Below, in pieces: positions 58,109 through 64,000 of a DNA stretch of 64,000 nt (position 1 is its first letter; each line of letters begins with the position of its first letter). Made by a program: the position numbers and the translations under genes. The notes under the pieces are model-generated. The model was not told the DNA's origin. It was given only the letters and a program-made list of their open reading frames with translations, and ran no database searches. The stretch covers positions 13,258 to 77,257 of the IMG/VR virus record IMGVR_UViG_3300017605_000154; one strand, written 5' to 3'. This DNA comes from a virus.

Positions 58109-58297
58109 CTAGAGTGACAGTGAAAGAGCCATGTGAATTCTGTCACCCGGCTCAGTCAACGGAGACACGATGTACTGCTCCTTATCGTGCCCAATCCACC
58201 GATGCGCTTGACGCTTTGCATCCTCGCGGTCATGCGCAAAGCAGAAAAAATGGATGTTTCCCATCTCCACCATGAAAAGAATGTCGTACCTCGTCAC
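58109..58297 (-). CDS. Hypothetical protein
   Basis: AAAGGAGGGA RBS. Confidence 0.55.
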   Translation of the reverse strand: MTRYDILFMVEMGNIHFFCFAHDREDAKRQAHRWIGHDKEQYIVSPLTEPGDRIHMALSLSL

Positions 58298-58309
58298 GCT
58301 CCCTCCTTT

Positions 58310-58795
58310 CTAGAGAAGTTCTGCGTCGAAGCGTCCACCGCACTTCGAGCAATGGTAACGGCTCAGCAACGCCGGCCGCAATCTGTAGCGCGTGAACGAA
58401 TTTCCGCAGTCCACGCAATAGACGCGGTAGTTCGGTTGCGCCTGCGAATCCACTCCGCTAGCGCATCTTTCCGGCTTTGCACCAACCTCGACACACTTTG
58501 CCTTCCACACATAATCGTGCCCATGTCCTGAGCCGACAAGTGCGTGTGCAATTTCGTGCCGAATCGTGTCTTCGATTTCTGCGCGTCCGATGTGGTCGAA
58601 GTTCTTCGAGAACGCGATGATCTTCTGAGTGTGATTACACACTCCAAGCCTTCGCTGCGCACGATCCCACTGGAATTTCCAGCCCTGTGCAACAAGACCG
58701 TACTCTTCCATTAGTTCCCATGCGCGTGATTCCGTCCAGAAGAAGTCTTGATCTTGTGGATCAAGTTCGTCCATGCGCAAAGACACAATCTCCAT
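58310..58795 (-). CDS. SprT-like zinc metalloprotease
   Basis: RRLGVC, TIRHEIAHALV..GHGHD.VWK, C-terminal CxxC..CxxC. Confidence 0.85.
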   Translation of the reverse strand: MEIVSLRMDELDPQDQDFFWTESRAWELMEEYGLVAQGWKFQWDRAQRRLGVCNHTQKIIAFSKNFDHIGRAEIEDTIRHEIAHALVGSGHGHDYVWKAKCVEVGAKPERCASGVDSQAQPNYRVYCVDCGNSFTRYRLRPALLSRYHCSKCGGRFDAELL

Positions 58796-58805
58796 GTCCC
58801 TCCCT

Positions 58806-59126
58806 TCAACCGATTTCGCGCTTCCACTCACCGTCAACTTTCACTTCGATCGTCGTGCAACCTGAATCCCAAGTTGCCCATGAAAGCACGGTGCTTTGCA
58901 CTGCGCACCACTCGTCATTCAAGAGCCAACCGCCGAGATAGACGATATCGTCATCGTCCATGCAACGGAAGCGAGTCTTTTCGGTCGGGTAATCTTCAAG
59001 AGCTGGCGCATCGTCTAGGTAGTTCGAAACTTCTACGTTCGACCACTCAACGCCGATGCAGTTCAGCTCTTGATAATCACGGTCGACCTGCGCGACTATC
59101 TTTCCTTTGGGAGCCGAAAGATCCAT
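58806..59126 (-). CDS. Hypothetical protein
   Basis: FRCMDDDDIVYLGG...DSGCTTIE. Confidence 0.6.
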   Translation of the reverse strand: MDLSAPKGKIVAQVDRDYQELNCIGVEWSNVEVSNYLDDAPALEDYPTEKTRFRCMDDDDIVYLGGWLLNDEWCAVQSTVLSWATWDSGCTTIEVKVDGEWKREIG

Positions 59127-59138
59127 TTCCCTCCCTTC

Positions 59139-59438
59139 TTAGCTGCATGTGGGACAAGTGCAGAGCATGTCCTCCGTGAGTACATCTTCGGGGCGACAGC
59201 GGATTGAATACTTCGGCCGCTTGATGGAATCTCCCGTAGCAGGATTACGCCACGAAACACCACCGCTCATCGACAGCCCGTTGTACATGTATCCCGCAAC
59301 GGTAATTGCGCCGCCGATTGTCTCTGCAGGAACAAGCCGATCTTCCAACACTTTCTGACCGGACTTGATCGTGAGCCGAAGTCTCGCGCTGTGCTTCACG
59401 CGCAATCCATTCTCGACAAACAACGTGTACTCTTGCAT
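59139..59438 (-). CDS. Hypothetical protein
   Basis: Strong RBS. Confidence 0.55.
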   Translation of the reverse strand: MQEYTLFVENGLRVKHSARLRLTIKSGQKVLEDRLVPAETIGGAITVAGYMYNGLSMSGGVSWRNPATGDSIKRPKYSIRCRPEDVLTEDMLCTCPTCS

Positions 59439-59454
59439 CTTCCCTCCTTTCTAT

Positions 59455-59528
59455 CGTTAGCTCGGTGGTGCATAGGCTTAGCAACTAGCAGGATTTGCAC
59501 CCATAACCTATGCACCACCCAGCTAACG
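59455..59528 (-). promoter_or_regulatory. Long intergenic hairpin (8+13 bp), possible RNase III site or terminator
   Basis: CGTTAGCT-C-GGTGGTGCATAGG / CCTATGCACCACC-C-AGCTAACG. Confidence 0.6.
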
Positions 59529-60071
59529 CTGGGCCTTAAAGTTACCCCTGCTTGCGAGGATTGCGAGAACCCGGCCGCGTGTACTTCTTGCCGCTGTTGT
59601 TGTGCTTCTCCAAGTGCTCGTCGTGCGCCTTCGCGCGGCGCGTGAGCTTCGCCATCGTCTTGCGGCCCTTCGTCATTTCGTTCTCCCTTCGAGCTTGATC
59701 TTTCCGTTGCTGCACACTGTGGCCGACGTCAGGATGAAAGTCTTTCCGTCGCCCGTGACAGTCGCGTGGATTCCACTCTGCGTACAGTGGACTTTGGGAT
59801 GCCGCTTCTTGTATGCATACGACGGCTGCACATGCGAAGCAGCAAAGAATGCAAATCCTGCGATAACCACGCAGGCCATTGCACCTTCGATCTTGCTCTT
59901 CACCACTTCCTCCTCATCCGGCTTTCGATTGCCTCTTTTGCGTCGGGACTGATCGCGAATGCGAGCTTGAGAAGCTTCGCAGCTATCCAGAGGCGAAACA
60001 GACGCCACTTGGCGCGTACCCAAATTCGGGTGACGTTCTTGTAGTACCTTCGGTTGTAGTCACGCAGGAGA

Positions 60072-60314
60072 TTATGCATTTCTCTCTTCCTTCGTGACGC
60101 GCAGAGTCTTGTTGTAGTACGGCTCTGCGATTTGACGCGGGCCGGTACCGGAGATTCGAAACGCGCAAGTCTCGCGGCGACCGTTCACGTTGATCGAAGA
60201 AATCTCATACACCCCATCGACAAGTTCCGGCGTATCCTCGTCGTCATACATTCCGACGCCAAGTGCCGATCCCTTGATATGTGCGCGAACGAGATTCTCT
60301 TGCACAAGAAACAT
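60072..60314 (-). CDS. Hypothetical protein
   Basis: GAAGGGAGGGA RBS. Confidence 0.5.
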   Translation of the reverse strand: MFLVQENLVRAHIKGSALGVGMYDDEDTPELVDGVYEISSINVNGRRETCAFRISGTGPRQIAEPYYNKTLRVTKEERNA

Positions 60315-60327
60315 CGCTTCCCTCCCT

Positions 60328-60654
60328 TCACACGAAGTCGGCGCGTCGGCTTGTGTAGTACTTGAGCCACTGCGCATTTACGGAATCTGTCACGTCGATG
60401 CCGTCGAGCGTTACCGACACCAAATCCCACGTCGCTGCGATGTTTCGAGTCATCGCAATGCAATCCGCGATGTACCTCGCAGGCGAGTAGGCTTGGCGCA
60501 TTTTTTCGCGCCACTCCGGATCGGCAATGTCATCGAAGTCTCTGCCGTGGTAGTACACCGGCATTTCTTCGACAACATTCGGCGGGTCGTTGAAGTACGA
60601 CTCATCCCAATGGCAGTTCCGTAGTTCCGCCCGCAGCATGACAGCCTTCTGCAT
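60328..60654 (-). CDS. Hypothetical protein
   Basis: GAAGGGAGGGA RBS. Confidence 0.6.
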   Translation of the reverse strand: MQKAVMLRAELRNCHWDESYFNDPPNVVEEMPVYYHGRDFDDIADPEWREKMRQAYSPARYIADCIAMTRNIAATWDLVSVTLDGIDVTDSVNAQWLKYYTSRRADFV

Positions 60655-60678
60655 TTTCCCTCCCTTCGTGCAGTAGTT

Positions 60679-60727
60679 TTAGGAATGCAGGCGCGGTGTA
60701 TTTCTGCGCTTGCGCCTGCAAACCTAA
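60679..60727 (-). repeat. Conserved stem-loop element, copy 3
   Basis: Plus strand TTAGGAA TGCAGGCGC...GCGCCTGCA AACCTAA. Confidence 0.75.
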
Positions 60728-60729
60728 CG

Positions 60730-61107
60730 CTACTCCGCTTTTCTTTCCATCGGGTACGTGTGGAAGAAACCGTGCCGATCTTCCTCGTCCCACTTCTTCT
60801 TGCTCTCTTCCATGCAGATGCGATTCAGTTCCTCGGTTGCGAGCTTGAAGCTCTCGCTGTAATCTGCGGTGTCTTCGTAGCCACTCGCGATTGTGGGCAC
60901 CGCAGCCCAATCGAAAGTCTCTGCGTCGCCGAGAATGTGGAAGTGCCCGTAGTTCTCGGAAATCGCAGTCGGCCATGCTTCGATCAACACGGCCACCGCG
61001 CGTTCGTTCGGCACCGACAGAACATCGCCATCTTTGATGTTCTCGATGCACTGCGAGGCATCGTACGCTTCGCCGCTGTCCTCGAAAATGTGAATCTTTG
61101 GCGTCAT
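60730..61107 (-). CDS. Conserved phage hypothetical protein
   Basis: FEDSGEAYDASQC.ENIKDGDVL.VPNE..V..L..AWP.A....G.FH. Confidence 0.65.
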   Translation of the reverse strand: MTPKIHIFEDSGEAYDASQCIENIKDGDVLSVPNERAVAVLIEAWPTAISENYGHFHILGDAETFDWAAVPTIASGYEDTADYSESFKLATEELNRICMEESKKKWDEEDRHGFFHTYPMERKAE

Positions 61108-61258
61108 GCCGCCACCGCCTTGTAGTCTTGTGTGTTGTCCGGAATCTGGTACTCGGTGCAGAACCGCAGCATTGCATCGCGCTTCGAATCCGCGCGGTAC
61201 GCTGCAACCGGAGCGCCCCAAGCCTGCCCTGCATGGATGCGGTAAATGCCGAAAATCA

Positions 61259-61501
61259 TCAGCACTCCTCGACGTGGATTGTCACCAGCATCGGCGTTCC
61301 ATCCATGCGCAGGCCGATGTATCTGCGACCGTTCTTGATGCTCGGCGTGAAGTTTGTGATATCCACGCGCGGATTGCCCCGAAACGTTGCGTCAACGAGC
61401 CTTTCGATATCGCTCGCGACTCTGTCCGGGTTCTGGCTTACCGCAACCTTCGGCGCGGTTTCCGACTCCGGAGCGGCGAAGCGCCAACCATCTGCGTTCA
61501 T
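61259..61501 (-). CDS. Hypothetical protein
   Basis: GAAGGGAGGGA RBS. Confidence 0.55.
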   Translation of the reverse strand: MNADGWRFAAPESETAPKVAVSQNPDRVASDIERLVDATFRGNPRVDITNFTPSIKNGRRYIGLRMDGTPMLVTIHVEEC

Positions 61502-61860
61502 CTTCCCTCCCTTCGAAGTTTGTAGAGCTCACGGAAATTCGCGTTTGGCTTTCGCCGGCCACTATCTCTACCGCCGGCGCAAAGTTGCATGGAATGCAGC
61601 GGAATTTCCGAAGATTATTGCACAGTTTAGTTGCATGCGTCAAGTCAGGAAACGCATGCTGTCTGGGCTGCAAACGCCGTATATAGGGGCGGGGGGTATC
61701 CCCGCCTGGACGCTTGGCTCAATCCCTGCAGACATGCGAGATTCGGCCAAGTGCCCATAGTTTGTGACAGCCGGATTTCTTGACGAATCCGCATGAACAC
61801 AGGGATTCGCGGGGGAGATATACCCGGCAAAATCGGACATCGTAACAATTTCTAGTTCTT

Positions 61861-61900
61861 GTAGTAGTAGTATAAGTAGTAGGTAGTAGTACTTAGTATT
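61861..61900. repeat. AT-rich (AGT)n-like microsatellite in a divergent intergenic region
   Basis: GTAGTAGTAGTATAAGTAGTAGGTAGTAGTACTTAGTATT. Confidence 0.7.
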
Positions 61901-61934
61901 GTTCCTTGACTTTTCTGGCTCCGCTCGTTCTCTC

Positions 61935-61963
61935 TTGACACGCTATAACTATCTGACTAGACT
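61935..61963 (+). promoter_or_regulatory. Sigma-70-like promoter TTGACA-N17-TAGACT
   Basis: Near-consensus; upstream of the two plus-strand genes. Confidence 0.7.
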
Positions 61964-62013
61964 GACGAACTAGACAGTTACTTAGCGTCAATTTCCAAGG
62001 AAAGGATGCAAAT

Positions 62014-62274
62014 TTGCGTTGGTACGCAATAACTTGGATGGATAACGAGGGAAACGGAGTAAAACGCGAACTTTTGCGTCGGGAAGATACTCGGAAGATT
62101 TGGGAATTCATTCGCGGGCGCATAACCATGCGAAATATCCCAACCGACGCAGTCGGCGTATGGTTCTGGGAAGCGATGCCCGAAGAAACTTGGGATGATC
62201 GCTTCGACCAAGAACGTGACGCATCGCTGCATGCCGTCGAAGTTCCAGTGCAGAAGGATTTCTTCAACTTGTGA
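62014..62274 (+). CDS. Hypothetical protein
   Basis: GAAAGGA RBS, promoter, GTGA overlap with next gene. Confidence 0.6.
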   Translation: MRWYAITWMDNEGNGVKRELLRREDTRKIWEFIRGRITMRNIPTDAVGVWFWEAMPEETWDDRFDQERDASLHAVEVPVQKDFFNL

Positions 62275-62489
62275 AACTTCTAATTTACTGGTACAGCGAC
62301 GGAGATTTACGAACCCGGAAGTTTCTACGTCGGGAACTTATCGAAACCCCGCATGAAATCGGGGATTTCGTGATTGCATCCATGACCGAAGGTGCTATCT
62401 GGAAGCACCTTTCGACGTGGAAAGTTACCGAAGCAAAATTCGAAGAGCAACTTAGGAAGCCTCCGGCAGATTTCCCGGAGGCAACCTAA
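62271..62489 (+). CDS. Hypothetical protein
   Basis: Translationally coupled to 62014..62274. Confidence 0.55.
   Translation: MKLLIYWYSDGDLRTRKFLRRELIETPHEIGDFVIASMTEGAIWKHLSTWKVTEAKFEEQLRKPPADFPEAT
62452..62489 (-). repeat. Conserved stem-loop element, copy 4
   Basis: Plus strand TTAGGAA GCCTCCGG CAGATTTC CCGGAGGC AACCTAA. Confidence 0.75.
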
Positions 62490-62809
62490 ACCGCTACTTC
62501 TGCGAAGCTTCGACCTTCTCCGCAGCATGCAGCATGACCCAGCCGACGTTAGTCATCTTCGGCTGTGCCGATGCCTTGATGCACAGAACTAGTGAACCCA
62601 AAGTCATTTCGTCACCCCCTTTCCCGGAAGTCTTTTGAATGGAAATCAGCTACGCAACATTCTGCGTAGCACTAGTCGGTTGAGGCAGAACAACAGTCGC
62701 AACGGCTGTGGGGAGAAGTACCAACCCCGCAACCCGTTCGTCGCGGCTTGCATGTCTTGAATCTCGGCGGAAGAGAAGATGCAATTCTCCCGCAACAGAT
62801 CGCCCTGCA

Positions 62810-63028
62810 CTACCAGATCCAATCGCCGACGATGAAGCCGTTGACGTCGAATCTCCCGATGCACCGCCCGCCATCCTCTTCGATGTTGAGGAGCATCGTA
62901 CCGTCCTCATCCATTTCGAAGGTGAGCGTTGCGTCACTCTTCTTCCAGAGCTGGATTGCATCCGCAGCAAGCGAAACTTGCTTGTCGGTAGGCTGCGGCT
63001 TGCCTTGTGTGTTGGCGGTGATAGGCAC
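62810..63028 (-). CDS. Hypothetical protein
   Basis: AAGGAG RBS. Confidence 0.5.
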   Translation of the reverse strand: MPITANTQGKPQPTDKQVSLAADAIQLWKKSDATLTFEMDEDGTMLLNIEEDGGRCIGRFDVNGFIVGDWIW

Positions 63029-63053
63029 GTTCGACTCCTTCTGCGTGAAAGAT

Positions 63054-63263
63054 TCACGCGGTCACGACACACTGTGCTGAGACGTTCCAGCGCCGATGCG
63101 ATTCTGTGGCACCGCGATACGCGATTTCGAAGCAATCGCGGCATACCATGAAGTACCGGAATTGCACGTCATCCACGACGACGTACTTCGGGAACCCTTC
63201 GAGCGAATCTACCGGCGCGCAGTTCTCGCAGAATGCGCACTCTGTGTTGCTCGGCTCTGTCAC
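63054..63263 (-). CDS. Cys-rich hypothetical protein
   Basis: AAAGGGGGTGA RBS; CAFC..CRDC. Confidence 0.5.
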   Translation of the reverse strand: MTEPSNTECAFCENCAPVDSLEGFPKYVVVDDVQFRYFMVCRDCFEIAYRGATESHRRWNVSAQCVVTA

Positions 63264-63483
63264 TTTGACTCACCCCCTTTCATCGTTTTGGAAAGGAAAA
63301 ATTTTGGCTCAAGCTAAACCAAACCCCAGATTTCGCGCTATGGCGCTGCGCCATTGCTGCGGTAGGGAGAGGGCTGCACTCGGACGTACTGCGGCGCGGC
63401 GATCTATCGCCGGCGCAAAGTGTAGGCCTGGCGCAAAGTGTACGCCGGCACGAATCTGTAGGGCTCACGCAATGTCGCAAGCC

Positions 63484-63810
63484 CTACAGTCGCTTGACCA
63501 TTGCGGCTACAACGTCCGCCACGCTGTCGAATTCGACATCGTACAGCGCGATTACGGCTTGCCGCGAACCGTCGATAGCCACAAGTGCATCGGCGGGTAG
63601 TGCTTCGATATCCGCGCGGGTAAGGTGAGCGGCGGCCTTAGTTCGCGGCTTGCGCCGTGCGAGCTTAGGGCTTGCCGTCGGCGTAGCCGATACGCCAACC
63701 TTGCCGTCGGTCGATCCTTTGACGTCCGTCGACAGATACCTAAGCTCTTGTGTCGACGGACTACGCTTGCCGCTTGACTTGCGGCGGCTACTCCGAATCG
63801 GTTTAGGCAT
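63484..63810 (-). CDS. Basic hypothetical protein
   Basis: 108-aa ORF; start uncertain. Confidence 0.4.
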   Translation of the reverse strand: MPKPIRSSRRKSSGKRSPSTQELRYLSTDVKGSTDGKVGVSATPTASPKLARRKPRTKAAAHLTRADIEALPADALVAIDGSRQAVIALYDVEFDSVADVVAAMVKRL

Positions 63811-64000
63811 GGCGCGTAGCCGGTAGCGGCAACGTACAAGGCTTGCCGTTACTCCGGTAGTAGAGATACAGCGCGAAGCGACGTTGAAACGTTGCCGCTT
63901 GCGTGGCGTAGATTCGCATTGCGTCCATAGTTCTAGCTCCCTCTAGGTTGAGTGGTCGAGCTAGCTCGCATTCCGTACAGTCAAGAGAGGGAACGGCGTA

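Noticed and set aside
55150-60732. UAG readthrough (PYLIS-like) signal for the four-copy hairpin
   Set aside because: Readthrough meets a second UAG after one codon and then TAA in copies 2 and 3; only copy 1 would fuse in frame; no pyl genes or suppressor tRNA seen
22300-61500. Many long plus-strand ORFs (e.g. 50771..51682, 38794..39516, 43868..44593)
   Set aside because: Antisense shadows of well-supported, RBS-bearing minus-strand genes
1-64000. Stop-codon reassignment, tRNA genes, integrase, DGR or retron
   Set aside because: Core genes are intact under the standard code and use TAG as a stop; no cloverleaf, recombinase or reverse transcriptase motifs recognised by eye

Overview
This window is most of a tailed dsDNA bacteriophage genome (siphovirus-like, about 55% GC by eye). 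The host is probably an actinobacterium, inferred from an Rpf-like transglycosylase, an AOC/dirigent-like barrel protein and sigma-70/SigA-type promoters. The plus-strand arm (1-22.2 kb) carries a 5'-truncated repeat-rich virion protein, TerL, a Mu-like portal/protease/adaptor head module, capsid, tail tube, a frameshifted tail chaperone, tape measure, tail tip genes and a lysis cassette (NlpC/P60 endolysin, holin-like). The minus-strand arm (22.3-64 kb) carries replication/recombination genes (RuvC-like resolvase, UDG-fused PolA, MazG-like, dNMP kinase, RepB-type primase/helicase, DUF669 SSB, Sak4-like ATPase, PD-(D/E)XK nuclease, SNF2 helicase) and then about 60 small early genes. I saw no integrase, tRNA, CRISPR array or reverse transcriptase. 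The most unusual signals are non-coding. One is a promoter-driven, ~580 nt duplicated multi-hairpin RNA-like region (43.0-43.6 kb) ahead of a YegP-like gene and an Rpf-like gene. The other is a four-copy covarying stem-loop element (UUAGGUU-stem-UUCCUAA) placed right after UAG stops in the early region. All product calls come from motif recognition by eye; no database searches were run.
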